Source: a virus (lineage: Duplodnaviria > Caudoviricetes). Taken from it: a stretch of DNA of 59,390 nucleotides. Under the pieces are notes generated by a model. That model worked only from the letters and a program-made list of their open reading frames with translations, had not been told where the DNA came from and searched no databases. Positions 23,737-33,752 of the stretch are shown here, one piece after another; within the stretch, counting starts at the first letter, position 1, and each line of letters starts with the position of its first letter. The position numbers were made by a program, and so were the translations under genes. The stretch lies in the IMG/VR virus record IMGVR_UViG_3300036784_000179, positions 1 through 59,390 of that record, one strand, 5' to 3'.

Positions 23737-25446
23737 TTAATCCGGCTGCACGTCGATCGCCACCCACCGGCCATTGCATCGGCCATAGACCCGGCTGTCT
23801 TGCGGCGCGTCCTCGATCCCGGCTCGTGTCGGCCCGGCTCGGCGGGTGACAAAATAGACGGGCAACGGGTTTGTGATGCTCGGCGGGTACCAGCCCTGCA
23901 CATTCGGGGGATCGCCGGCGCGCTGTATGATCGGGCCGAAGACATTGTCCGGATCGGGATACAGCGCGGGGGCAAGATTGACCGAACCCAACCCGATTGC
24001 CGGCGCAAAGACAGTGTCCGGATCGGAATACAGACCAGGGGCCAGGACGAGAGCGCCGGGGCCGACGGCAACCACCGGCGCAAAGACATTGTCCGGATCG
24101 GGGTACAGACCGGGGGCCAGATTGACCAACCCCCGCCCGATCGCCGGCGCAAAGACATTGTCCGGATCGGGGTACAGACCGGGAGCCAGATTGACCACAC
24201 CACCGCTGACGACCGGGGCATAGACATTATCCGGATCGGGATACAGACCGGGAGCCAGACCGAGAGGGCCCGGGCCGACAACAACCACCGGCGCAAAGAC
24301 ATTATCCGGATCGGGGTACAGACCGGGAGCCAGATTGACCAAACCCAGCCCGATTGCCGGCGCAAAGACAGTATCCGGATCGGGATACAGCCCGGGAGCC
24401 AGATTGGCCACACCACCGCCGATGACCGGGGCATAGACAGTATCCGGATCGGGATACAGCGCCGGGGCGAGATTGCCGGCAGCCGCACCCCCCAATACCA
24501 AGCGGCGGGTTTTACCCAGGGCGACGCGCCGGATGATGACGCCGGTTGATGGCGTGACCACACCACCGCCGATGACCGGGGCATAGATATTATCCGGATC
24601 GGGATAAAGCGCGGGCGCGAGATTGCCGGCACCCGGTCCCGCACCCGCCAATACCAAGCGGCGGGTTTTGCCCAGGGCGGTGCGCCGGATGATGATGCCG
24701 GTTGATGGCGTGACCACACCACCGCCGATAACCGGGGCATAGACATTATCCGGATCGGGATACAGCGCGGGGGCGAGATTGTCGGCAGCTGGAGCTAATG
24801 TGAACTGAATAAAGTATGCTGGCGTTGCCAGTGGGGAGGCCGGATAATTGATATTGAGGGTATTGTTGCCGGCCGGATGGATTGCTGCATTGTTATCAAA
24901 AATGCCGCTTATACCGAAAGTATCTTCGACCCGTAAGACTGTGCCAACCCCCGGGGTGGCTGCAGTAGTTCCAGTGACCACCCAAGCGTAGGCGAGATCC
25001 CAACAGTTATCGGCTATCGACGTAATCGTGATCGCCGCGCTGGCAGGACCGACGGGCTGATAGGTGACTTGGGAATGGTCTACCGGCAGAGATTGCGAGA
25101 CGCCTTGGTACTCGCTGACTACGACTCCTATGTAATGAGAAGTTGCTGCATTGACGACGACATTGTGACTGCCCGCGGCCGTATTGCCGAGAGGCAATGC
25201 ATAAGCATAGGTAAACCGGCCGCCTGCTCCAGAGGTAGTATTATTCGCCTTGGCAATGAGAGTAGCCGATACACCATTATAGGTAACTGACGTGATATCG
25301 TCAGCGCCCCCGGTAATATTGTCTCCAAAAATACCAATGACCAGAAAGCCATTGGTATCGGCACCTCGCGAATATGCTGCGGTATACGAGTTGGTGGTGC
25401 CCCCGTTATTTCCGAGGGCTGCCGCACCGACAAAAGCGATCGCCAT
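23737..25446 (-). CDS. Fibre-like protein: beta-sandwich head, ten LAPxLYPDPD repeats, C-terminal foldon-like motif
   Basis: MAIAFV N-domain; repeats; GIEDAPQDSRVYGRCNGRWVAI resembles the T4 fibritin foldon. Confidence 0.8.
   Translation of the reverse strand: MAIAFVGAAALGNNGGTTNSYTAAYSRGADTNGFLVIGIFGDNITGGADDITSVTYNGVSATLIAKANNTTSGAGGRFTYAYALPLGNTAAGSHNVVVNAATSHYIGVVVSEYQGVSQSLPVDHSQVTYQPVGPASAAITITSIADNCWDLAYAWVVTGTTAATPGVGTVLRVEDTFGISGIFDNNAAIHPAGNNTLNINYPASPLATPAYFIQFTLAPAADNLAPALYPDPDNVYAPVIGGGVVTPSTGIIIRRTALGKTRRLVLAGAGPGAGNLAPALYPDPDNIYAPVIGGGVVTPSTGVIIRRVALGKTRRLVLGGAAAGNLAPALYPDPDTVYAPVIGGGVANLAPGLYPDPDTVFAPAIGLGLVNLAPGLYPDPDNVFAPVVVVGPGPLGLAPGLYPDPDNVYAPVVSGGVVNLAPGLYPDPDNVFAPAIGRGLVNLAPGLYPDPDNVFAPVVAVGPGALVLAPGLYSDPDTVFAPAIGLGSVNLAPALYPDPDNVFGPIIQRAGDPPNVQGWYPPSITNPLPVYFVTRRAGPTRAGIEDAPQDSRVYGRCNGRWVAIDVQPD
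23930..24782 (-). repeat. Intragenic repeat, 10 copies of NLAP(A/G)LYPDPD(N/T)V(F/Y)AP, mostly 69-75 nt period
   Basis: Recurring TCCGGATCGGG(A/G)TACAG on the plus strand. Confidence 0.95.
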
Positions 25447-25503
25447 GGCCTACCACCTCCCCTCCCGCGAGTGGCAGGACCTCACATGCGCATGACTTAT
25501 GGG

Positions 25504-27216
25504 TTAATTTGGCGGCACCTTGACCATGCCACGCCAATCCAATCCTACACCCGTCGAGATCGCGTAAGCGGGCGAGGTGTTGCCGAGGGTCTGGGGGTAG
25601 GCACCGGAGCCGGTGACCGGGGGGTATCCGGCCGACGCGCGGTCCTGGAAAACGAAATTGGTGGTGCCGAGCGTCCCGAGGTTGATGTCGAAGGCGTTAG
25701 TGGCGGCATTATGAGACGTAGTACTGGTGACGACGGCCGAGCCGCCCCCATTCTGCATCTGAAATACTGTTCCCCCGCTCGTCCCATTATTGTATTGAGC
25801 AGCATTCCGGAACACGAAGGTATTGCCCGCGGCCGGATACGGAGGCGAAGGCATCATTGGCTGCCATAGCAAAATAAATTGTCTGAATGTGCCGCCGTCT
25901 GAAACAAACACATTGTTCTGGACATCTTCAAACGCATTTGGCAAGGGTGTGATGGGGTTGTTGTCAGAGGCATATCTAAGGATATCAAAGCTGTTGCTGT
26001 TACTCCAAGTATCATTACCCATGTCGCCATTGACGAGCAAGCTGTGGCTCAAGTGGAGAACGTATCCAGTAGACTGATCTATTACTTCAGAGCCGTTATA
26101 TATCGGATCGATGTTCAACAAAATCATCGTGTTGTCGATGGTGGTCAAGTAAGACCTAGTCTTGACGTCATGCCCTTGACCGGTCGCTTGCTGGATAATG
26201 CTGTTCTTGATAGTCAACGGTGAAGTTAAGTTACCCGCGCCAAAGTAAAGCACGTGCTCTTGGCCGCCGCCGCCGGCTCGCGCGAGCTGGCTATTATAGA
26301 TGTTGAGGCCACAATTATAATTATCCCCAGTTATTATCCCTTGAAGCGCATCGCGGATGTAGACGTTGCGCAGAGTGGTGAGCCCGCAATTCAACCCCCG
26401 CGCAAGCCACCCACCAAACCAAGGACCGAATTCGATATTGTCGACCGTCAATTGGCCTGGCCCGGTGCACTGGAGAAGGCCGCCACCCGTATGGTCTATT
26501 CCATACAAGTGTGGAAACACAGTCCCATCGGTGCCGCTGGAGCCAATGATCCCCTTTACCCAGAGGTGGGCAACGAGAGTCGTGTCTGGGCTGATAAAAG
26601 CCCCAGGCAGGATCTCGTGATCATAATCAGCGACTTGCACAGTCACGAGCACGTTGTCCCACGAATTGCTCTGAGCAAAACTGATGGCGTCAGCGGGAGA
26701 TGTGTACCCGCAACCGGAAGGACACACGGTGAGGGTGTGCGCGGGGACAAACGGGTCAGCCGCAACCGAGGCCGGCAGCGCGTTGCCGAGCGGCTGCACA
26801 TAGGATGGCGCGATCGTGAACGCCGTCCCGTTTGCGACGAACCCCAAGCCGCTGTCATCAAGCTGCGTCAGCACCGGCTGCGGGCGATCCGACCCGGCGC
26901 GCGGAATGGTAAACGCGTAAACGCCATCTCCGGAGATCGGCACGGCACCATAACCGCCATTGTTCATTGAATTGTAATTGAGCGTCAGCAAAGCCGCGGT
27001 CGGAGTGAGCGACGTGCCTACTACGGTGACATGGATGGTCTGGCCCGGAGACGGGTTGGTGTTGTCGGGGCAAGCGTTCGGGGAGGGGCCAGGGTTTAGC
27101 GCACACGTCACGCCGACCGGGGGGGTGCCGCCACGGGCCCATGCGAACGATCTGGCGTCCGCCGATCCCGCAAGCAGCGCCAGCACAGCCAGCAACAGCA
27201 AACCCCGGGCGATCAT
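25504..27216 (-). CDS. Signal-peptide-bearing right-handed beta-helix protein
   Basis: Leader ending ADA-RSF; LTVDNIEF, EHVLYFG, GHDVKTRS motifs; ATGA coupling. Confidence 0.75.
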   Translation of the reverse strand: MIARGLLLLAVLALLAGSADARSFAWARGGTPPVGVTCALNPGPSPNACPDNTNPSPGQTIHVTVVGTSLTPTAALLTLNYNSMNNGGYGAVPISGDGVYAFTIPRAGSDRPQPVLTQLDDSGLGFVANGTAFTIAPSYVQPLGNALPASVAADPFVPAHTLTVCPSGCGYTSPADAISFAQSNSWDNVLVTVQVADYDHEILPGAFISPDTTLVAHLWVKGIIGSSGTDGTVFPHLYGIDHTGGGLLQCTGPGQLTVDNIEFGPWFGGWLARGLNCGLTTLRNVYIRDALQGIITGDNYNCGLNIYNSQLARAGGGGQEHVLYFGAGNLTSPLTIKNSIIQQATGQGHDVKTRSYLTTIDNTMILLNIDPIYNGSEVIDQSTGYVLHLSHSLLVNGDMGNDTWSNSNSFDILRYASDNNPITPLPNAFEDVQNNVFVSDGGTFRQFILLWQPMMPSPPYPAAGNTFVFRNAAQYNNGTSGGTVFQMQNGGGSAVVTSTTSHNAATNAFDINLGTLGTTNFVFQDRASAGYPPVTGSGAYPQTLGNTSPAYAISTGVGLDWRGMVKVPPN

Positions 27217-29036
27217 GGGCAATGCACCACCGGCCCCGGCGCGCTAAAGGGACACGCGCCCGCATCGACCGCTCCATGTTGTTGCCATAGGTCAAATGCC
27301 TGGCCAAAGCCGATCGCTGGTGACCCATTCTGCAGCGCGAAATTCTGCCCGGTGCTGCTGTTCGGAACCAACGCCGTCATCAGCGGGTCGACCGCGATGC
27401 TGTTTGCTCCAGGACCGGTCGTCGGATAGGGCTGCGCCAGAGCCGCGAGACCGCTGCCACCCGCAGCGTAATAAGACAGATTGGTCTGAAGAACATTTTG
27501 CGGGGCCGGGAACGTTCCCCCACCGGAGACCTCGAGCATAACCGCGCATGTAAAGGTCACAGTCGTATCCTGAAGAAAATATTGATTACAAGAATTAGAC
27601 AGCGGAACCGTCTGCATCAGATTGTTTATGAACGTCCCCCGATACGAATCCATCACCAATAGTTCCCCGCCGTATCTGAACTTGGCGTTGCCGATGTTCC
27701 ATTTATTTGAATACATCGTATTGTTGGCAAACGTAGCATTCATCGTCGGCGCCCCAACCGCCTGGAAATACTCTATGCCGCTACCGCCGTTGTAATACGC
27801 CAGATTGCCCATCACCAAGATGTTGCCGTCGTACGGGCATACCCCTCCAAACCCGGCGCACCCGTCCTGTTGATGACTCAGGTCGTCGAGGATGAGCCCC
27901 TCGCCATCGGTGTTGGAGCCGCTGGTAAAGGTCGTGCCAGGGGCGATCGTTTGCGGTGATGGCGTGATCGTATAGGGGCCGCTACCGGCGGTGATGTGGG
28001 TGCCGTACGCGACACCGGGGCCGTCCATGTAAACACCAGGACCAAAATCCCCCGTGCCGGCCGGCTGCTTGCCGCCATTGATCCCCGAGCTCAGCGTCAG
28101 CGTCGATCCCGAAATCCCGCCTTGGAAGTTCCACACCGGGTTGTAGTTGTGGTACATGACGTTATAATTGAAGACCATCCGGTACTGGAGCCCAGTGGTG
28201 GCCGAGTGCCACATCTGATCTTGAGCGGTCGGCGAATAGCTCGGCGTTCCGACCGGGCCAAACAAAGACATCCCCGAGCCAGCATTCGCGCTGTTGCCGG
28301 AAACCCCGGATGCGCAGTCATGCCAGACGTTGTGCAAAATCCACTGCCAATCCTGACTCCAGATGACCACGCAAGCGCCAGAGTAATCGTGAATGTCGCT
28401 GTTCAGCAACATCACATGGTGGATTGAGCCCGCCAAGGAAGGCGTAAAGCCGGACCCTCCAATAAAATTACTCCATCCCCAGACGGAGTTGTTGACGACG
28501 TATGTATTGTTGGAATAAATCTCAAACCCGTCAAAAATTAGGTAGGCCGCCTGGGCGTCCATCCCCCCGCCGTTCGGCACGTAAATCTGGCAGCCGGTTC
28601 CTTCGCCTGTCAGAACACCATTTACAAACCCGGCCGACATGACGCCGCAGCGCCATGCGACGTAGCCGTTTACTGACGCCGCATTGCCGCCGTGAGTGAC
28701 ATTCAAACCAACGCCAAAGGTGCCCGGGGCCAACGTGTAAAGACCCACGGCAACATTCACGCAACTGCCGGCCGGTAGGGCTTGCCCGGCAGCGGTGAGG
28801 ATGTCCCACGGGGTGCCCGGCGATAGGCCGTTATTGCCACTGGTCCCGGTCGTCGAGACGTAATAATTCGAGCTGCAATTATAGAGCGGGTGAAGATTGT
28901 AGAAAGGCAGCCACGGACCCGGGGGCTCCAGCGCCGGAAGGGTCGCCGGCGCAGCACCGCCATGCGCTCGAATAAAAGACCTGGCTTGCACGCTCGCCGC
29001 TAGGCATATGCACAGGAGAGCGAGAAGTTTCCACAT
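27213..29036 (-). CDS. Signal-peptide-bearing beta-helix (pectin-lyase-like) protein
   Basis: Leader ending VQA-RSF; YYVSTTG..GN.G.SP.TPW, N.DIHD, TDGEGLILD, F.LQ.GSPAI..G...DAGA. Confidence 0.8.
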   Translation of the reverse strand: MWKLLALLCICLAASVQARSFIRAHGGAAPATLPALEPPGPWLPFYNLHPLYNCSSNYYVSTTGTSGNNGLSPGTPWDILTAAGQALPAGSCVNVAVGLYTLAPGTFGVGLNVTHGGNAASVNGYVAWRCGVMSAGFVNGVLTGEGTGCQIYVPNGGGMDAQAAYLIFDGFEIYSNNTYVVNNSVWGWSNFIGGSGFTPSLAGSIHHVMLLNSDIHDYSGACVVIWSQDWQWILHNVWHDCASGVSGNSANAGSGMSLFGPVGTPSYSPTAQDQMWHSATTGLQYRMVFNYNVMYHNYNPVWNFQGGISGSTLTLSSGINGGKQPAGTGDFGPGVYMDGPGVAYGTHITAGSGPYTITPSPQTIAPGTTFTSGSNTDGEGLILDDLSHQQDGCAGFGGVCPYDGNILVMGNLAYYNGGSGIEYFQAVGAPTMNATFANNTMYSNKWNIGNAKFRYGGELLVMDSYRGTFINNLMQTVPLSNSCNQYFLQDTTVTFTCAVMLEVSGGGTFPAPQNVLQTNLSYYAAGGSGLAALAQPYPTTGPGANSIAVDPLMTALVPNSSTGQNFALQNGSPAIGFGQAFDLWQQHGAVDAGACPFSAPGPVVHCP

Positions 29037-29049
29037 CCGCGGGCCACCC

Positions 29050-29835
29050 TTAGGGATGTTTGAATGCAGCGATCGACCCCGTTACTTGTTGCGATGCCAT
29101 CGCATAGGTGTGCGTTATTGTGCCAGAAGTAATAAGTTGATATGACGAATTTTTCCCCGTGTCGGACGTAAAGTCAATCTGGCTTCCTCCAATAGCAGTA
29201 GGGGAAGCGATGGTTACAATATTGGAAGACACCACCAGATCGTTGGTCTGGGGAACCGCTCCGGTTGTGGAGATACTCATAGACGTCGTTGACGCGTTGA
29301 AAGTGTTCCCAAGGCCCGCGTCAGCGGCAGTTGTCGCCACCCCAGAAAATTCACCGATCATCGCACGAGGGCCATTGACGCTATTGTCGGCTTGTGTGGT
29401 AAAGCCAAAATTAAAAGTTATGTTTGCAGAGGTAGGGTTGTTCATACAATACCAAATGTCGGAGAATTGCTCCGAACCAGTGACTCCGCTATTTATAAAT
29501 GTGCCGGGAGAATGCGAACAAGATGCGCCATTGCTCGAGCCGTTGAAGACGACAGCGGTAGCTAAATTGTTTTCAGCTGAAGCGTTGCCGGATATTAATA
29601 TGACAAAGAAGTTCCCCGCCGCAGTACCATTTATTATCGGCGTAAATGATGAAATACCACCCCCCGCATTGACCGTAAAGTTGTCCTGCACATGGGCAAT
29701 CGGACTGCCGCCACCGATCGAGCCACGCTGGACCATATTTGCGCTCGGATGGTCGGATAGATACGTGAAGCTCGCAACGAGAACTCCGACGTAAGCCGCG
29801 ACGCATAAGAAATGTCGAAATTCCATTGCTGACAC
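29050..29835 (-). CDS. Signal-peptide-bearing beta-sandwich protein, low GC
   Basis: Hydrophobic N-terminus; IAHVQ...AGN..VI...IWY...EFSGV pattern like the head of 23737-25446. Confidence 0.7.
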   Translation of the reverse strand: MSAMEFRHFLCVAAYVGVLVASFTYLSDHPSANMVQRGSIGGGSPIAHVQDNFTVNAGGGISSFTPIINGTAAGNFFVILISGNASAENNLATAVVFNGSSNGASCSHSPGTFINSGVTGSEQFSDIWYCMNNPTSANITFNFGFTTQADNSVNGPRAMIGEFSGVATTAADAGLGNTFNASTTSMSISTTGAVPQTNDLVVSSNIVTIASPTAIGGSQIDFTSDTGKNSSYQLITSGTITHTYAMASQQVTGSIAAFKHP

Positions 29836-29861
29836 GTCACTATGTTAGAGATTATTTGAAG

Positions 29862-30125
29862 CTAATCTGGGTTGCCGCCGTCGCGCAGGCACGCGTTGCG
29901 CCACCGCTGGATCGTCTGTGTGTCACAACTGCTAGGGGTACACTTCTGCTGCACGTCACGGTACAGTAGACAGGAAAAGGGGACCTCGCGCCTGTGCTGC
30001 ATCGGGGCAGGTTGCGCCCTGGCGCTGGCGCCAAAGACGACCAAGCAAAGCCCGATGATCAGCGCTCTGATCAGACCGACGCCGTGAATTACGGCCCGAT
30101 CCCAGCCCGACAAGTCGGCCCCCAC
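29862..30125 (-). CDS. Small secreted four-Cys protein (start uncertain), paralogue of 53437-53646
   Basis: Leader ending ARA-Q; PxSC..R..Q.KC....C....I.RWR..C.RD. Confidence 0.65.
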   Translation of the reverse strand: MGADLSGWDRAVIHGVGLIRALIIGLCLVVFGASARAQPAPMQHRREVPFSCLLYRDVQQKCTPSSCDTQTIQRWRNACLRDGGNPD

Positions 30126-32065
30126 ACATTCATTGTCGTGGTGCCGTCGCCGGTATAATTAAAATTGCCGCCGCTCTGGTAGGGGTTCTTCGACATATAC
30201 AGGGTCTGAGCAACAGCAACCGGGCCGCCCGAGGCCGCCGTCATGTCTGAGGAAATCCACACTCGCCACCATCCCCCGCCCTCGGGGGCAGAGCCCGGCG
30301 TGCCTAGCACCACCGCACCATTGCTCACGTAATATGGCGGCTGAAATGCGCCCGTGGTTAGGTCAAACACTGCTTCGGCATGGGCGCTTGAGGAGAACAT
30401 AGCTGCCACCGCATACCGCGTGGCTCCAGTGCCGGCCTTTACGTCCCACGCGCAGGTAGCAATGCTCTCTCCAAGAGTCGTGGCCTGATCAACTTCGTGA
30501 CCGCCGTTGCTCGTATCCTCGGTCATCCGTGCGGCTGTGCTCGTGCCAATCGGATCGCCCGCAAGACCCGTCGTAAACGACGTGAGCCCCACCGTAGTCC
30601 ACCCGCTGGTCATTCCGTTGCCGCCCGTCAGCTCGTTGGCTGGCGGGGTCACCGAGGTTTTAGCGCCGACGATGGTCTTGCCGCTTGCCGTCACCGTGTA
30701 GGTTGTATAATCGCAAACCCGCGCCCCGGTGCTCAGGGTGGGGGGGTTCAAATAGCTCGCGTTGAACGCCGCCGCATCGCTGCCGGCGGCACTCTGACAG
30801 GTCTGGAGCATCCCGCCATAGCCCGGCTGAAACGGCACAGGTGCGGCAATGGTGTAGGGCCCGCCGGTGTGCGGCAGATTGAACAGGACATTGGGGGATG
30901 CCGCAAAATTTGGCGTGTATACGCTCCCGCTGAGCGATGCCGATCGAAACGCCACACCATAGGGTGGGCTCGTGAATTGCGGCGCCAGCGCTTGCTCGGT
31001 CGCCAGATTAAAGAACGCCGGCACGGTGGTCGGGATGACCGAGAACTGGCTACTCGTCACCGAACCGCTCTCGATCCAGAACGCCGAGAGCATCCCGCCC
31101 TCAAAATCGTTGCTCGCGTCCACCCGGATATTGTTGTTTGATCCATTAAACCGAAACGCGGCGTTCATGCTCGTATGCGAGGTATCGCCGTAGCCGTATA
31201 AGCGGTTGCCGAGAAACGTCAGATGCTGACCATTGGTGATCAGAAACATCTGGTCTGAAAGCCGGTCAAAGTAGTTGTTGGCGATGATTACTTCTTGGCA
31301 ACTTCCGCAGTAAATGCTGTCGCCGCCATCTTCAACCCGGTTGTTGATGAATTGGCCAGACGAGCCGAGTTGGACCTGCCCTGCTGTCGTGCCGCCGCCC
31401 CCGGATCCGTTGGCGACAATCCAATTGTCCTGAATGATGTCGTCGGTTGTGGCCGGTGAACTCGCCAAGCCCCAATGAACATTGCCATACATAAAATTAT
31501 GCACAATCCAAGCGGTTTGCGCGAGACCGGAAATCTTCTGATGCGAAATACCAATGTCGCAATTGGCAGTCTCCGTCCACATTACGGTTACGCCAATACC
31601 TCTGTCATCTATGTTGATGCATTTAACCTGGTTGCCATCGCCAAGATTACCTACGACAGTAATACCCCCGACGACACTATTATTGCCTGGCGTGATGTAT
31701 CCACTGTTAGGGTTGAACCTCGCTCCGGAACTATCAGGACAATAAATCAGGGTCTTTACGCCATTTGAGGAGTAGCCATTCGAGCCCGGGTTGGAATTGC
31801 TCATCACGCCCCAAAGGACTTGATGATCGGGCATTATCCCGGCCGCGTCGGAGCAGATCCGCCACGGCGTTGGCACGCCGGCCAAATTGACGTTTGACAT
31901 AAACACCGGCTGATTGCCGGCGAGCGCCGTCTGCAGCGTGGTCTCGTCCTCGATCGTGTTTTTTGGGATAATAAAATTCCAGCCGGCAATCGGCCCAATT
32001 TCCTGGGCTTTGAGGGTCGTGGCAGCACAAACCGCAAGCAAGAACAGCGCGAGCGGCACTCTCAT
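30089..32065 (-). CDS. Signal-peptide-bearing beta-helix/tailspike-like protein with C-terminal carbohydrate-binding-like domain
   Basis: Leader ending LKA-Q; I..N repeats; C-terminal DP.G...A....EDTS...H...FDL.TG...GWWR.W head-fibre-like motif. Confidence 0.75.
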   Translation of the reverse strand: MRVPLALFLLAVCAATTLKAQEIGPIAGWNFIIPKNTIEDETTLQTALAGNQPVFMSNVNLAGVPTPWRICSDAAGIMPDHQVLWGVMSNSNPGSNGYSSNGVKTLIYCPDSSGARFNPNSGYITPGNNSVVGGITVVGNLGDGNQVKCINIDDRGIGVTVMWTETANCDIGISHQKISGLAQTAWIVHNFMYGNVHWGLASSPATTDDIIQDNWIVANGSGGGGTTAGQVQLGSSGQFINNRVEDGGDSIYCGSCQEVIIANNYFDRLSDQMFLITNGQHLTFLGNRLYGYGDTSHTSMNAAFRFNGSNNNIRVDASNDFEGGMLSAFWIESGSVTSSQFSVIPTTVPAFFNLATEQALAPQFTSPPYGVAFRSASLSGSVYTPNFAASPNVLFNLPHTGGPYTIAAPVPFQPGYGGMLQTCQSAAGSDAAAFNASYLNPPTLSTGARVCDYTTYTVTASGKTIVGAKTSVTPPANELTGGNGMTSGWTTVGLTSFTTGLAGDPIGTSTAARMTEDTSNGGHEVDQATTLGESIATCAWDVKAGTGATRYAVAAMFSSSAHAEAVFDLTTGAFQPPYYVSNGAVVLGTPGSAPEGGGWWRVWISSDMTAASGGPVAVAQTLYMSKNPYQSGGNFNYTGDGTTTMNVWGPTCRAGIGP

Positions 32066-32220
32066 CGGGTCACCACAGCGCCGTGATAGGTCACCGGATT
32101 ACCGTGGTAGGTGATGATGTGCGCCGAACCGCCATGTCTGCCGCGAAGCAATCCCTTCGCCGTGGCGGATGTGAGAAAAATCGCGATGGCGATCAAAGCC
32201 ACCGCAAGACACGCCCTCAT
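32062..32220 (-). CDS. Small secreted peptide, 52 aa
   Basis: MRACLAVALIAIAIFLTSATA-KGLLRGRHGG..ITYHGNPVTYHGAVVT; ATGA overlaps at both ends. Confidence 0.65.
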   Translation of the reverse strand: MRACLAVALIAIAIFLTSATAKGLLRGRHGGSAHIITYHGNPVTYHGAVVTR

Positions 32221-33254
32221 CGCACCATTGCCTGGATCTTGCCGCGCCCGGTGGTGCCGGTGCATCCGGCTCCGGTGCACACCGCGTAGAGCTCGGTATT
32301 GGCGGCAATCTGCGCCGCGGCGCTGATCACCCCCAAATCCTGAAACGAGATGCTGCCGGCACCGGCGGTCAATGAATTAGCATTGCACGGGGTAACGCTG
32401 AGCTTGGTCCCCGAAGTCGTCACACTCGCCGGAGCCACCGTGTTGGCCGCCGCCCAAACATCGATCGAAGCGGCGGCACCCTCGACGGCAGCGATGATGC
32501 AGTTGAGTAGGTAGAGCGTGTGCGGCTTAAAAAAGCCCACGATCGACAAGGGTGTGGTCGACAGATCCGCACCCCCTGACCAGGTCAACGGATAGGACCG
32601 CGTCGGCGCTAACGGCAGGTTGATTGCGTTGGCAGCGGTCGAGGTGATCGGCATCAGCGGTGTATCGGCCGGGATCGTGACCGAGCCGCCGGGCGACCCG
32701 TTGTCGATCGCATCGACGGCATTGGGGGTTACTGTGGCGGTGACGCCAATCGTCGAGACTGTGACGCAGCCGCTGCCCGGCAAGGTCGACACCGGCGGGA
32801 TCGTCAAAATCCGGCCGGCCACGGTGAACATATAGCTCTGGCAGGACGACCACTTGCCGACATCGATCGTGTCGGAGATCGTGATCGCCGGCCCCGAGAC
32901 GAGCGGCGACTGGTTGATAAAATTGGCGCCGTCATAGACCAGGCACACCGTCGAGGGTCCGCGGATATCGCCGAGCCCGACGGCGAGCGTACCGACCCCG
33001 GTGTTAAAGGCGATCGGCTTGGCCGCACCATTGTTGACCCGCAAGGTGGGGGCGGCCCCGCTCGTCGTCGCGATCAGACCGCACACGCCATGCCCGGGCG
33101 ACAGGGTGAACCCGGGTGCGGTCGCTGTGTAGGCGGTCGAGGTGCCGCCAAAGGTGGCGGCGAAGAGAGCGACACTTTCCGCCGACACGCCCTGGCCGCG
33201 CGCCGGCACACCGGCCAGCAGGATCGCTGCGGTCAGCGACAGAAGTTTTTTCAT
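32217..33254 (-). CDS. Signal-peptide-bearing fibre-like protein
   Basis: MKKLLSLTAAILLAGVPARG-Q; GGT.TAYT...GA.TL.VN..AAKPI...GDI....LVYDG.NF fibre motif. Confidence 0.75.
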   Translation of the reverse strand: MKKLLSLTAAILLAGVPARGQGVSAESVALFAATFGGTSTAYTATAPGFTLSPGHGVCGLIATTSGAAPTLRVNNGAAKPIAFNTGVGTLAVGLGDIRGPSTVCLVYDGANFINQSPLVSGPAITISDTIDVGKWSSCQSYMFTVAGRILTIPPVSTLPGSGCVTVSTIGVTATVTPNAVDAIDNGSPGGSVTIPADTPLMPITSTAANAINLPLAPTRSYPLTWSGGADLSTTPLSIVGFFKPHTLYLLNCIIAAVEGAAASIDVWAAANTVAPASVTTSGTKLSVTPCNANSLTAGAGSISFQDLGVISAAAQIAANTELYAVCTGAGCTGTTGRGKIQAMVR

Positions 33255-33264
33255 GCGCGTGGTC

Positions 33265-33741
33265 CTAGGCATAGCTGACCAACGAGTGGCGGGCGTAAAA
33301 ATTGGTCAGTGTCGCGTCGAGCGCCGCCCCGCTCTGGTTCAAGACCACCAGCGCCCAAAAGCTCGGCATAAAGCCGAGGATCGAATACACCGAGAACTCG
33401 GGGAAGATGTAGTTGGTCGCGTTGGCGACCACCCCGAGCACCGGCTGTAGCGGCGTCAGACCAGTGAGCGAACCGGCCTGGTCGGTCGTGGCATTGGGGT
33501 TGATGCCGTTGGTCCAGTTGGTGCCGTCCTCGCTGCACACCAGAAAAAACGACACCGTGCCCGAGGCGCTGACGCCGGACACCCCCGACCTGATGGTAAT
33601 CGGGGCGACATTGTCGTCGTAATACTGCGTAACCGATGCGCCCAGCGAACCCAACCCCTTGGCCTGGGCGGTCGGCAAGCTTTGAAGATTGCTGGTTAGC
33701 GAAAACGCGGTTAGTGCGGCCACGTTAAAAGGATTTGCCAT
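33265..33741 (-). CDS. Virion structural protein
   Basis: Start at MANPFN; Ser/Thr-rich beta protein ending P.FW.LVV.N.SGAAL. Confidence 0.7.
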   Translation of the reverse strand: MANPFNVAALTAFSLTSNLQSLPTAQAKGLGSLGASVTQYYDDNVAPITIRSGVSGVSASGTVSFFLVCSEDGTNWTNGINPNATTDQAGSLTGLTPLQPVLGVVANATNYIFPEFSVYSILGFMPSFWALVVLNQSGAALDATLTNFYARHSLVSYA

Positions 33742-33752
33742 TACTCTGCCCC

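Noticed and set aside
23706-24746. N-terminal 347 aa of the 484-aa track ORF 23292-24746
   Set aside because: Alternate frame of the repeat region of 23737-25446; the real gene starts at 23705 behind a strong RBS
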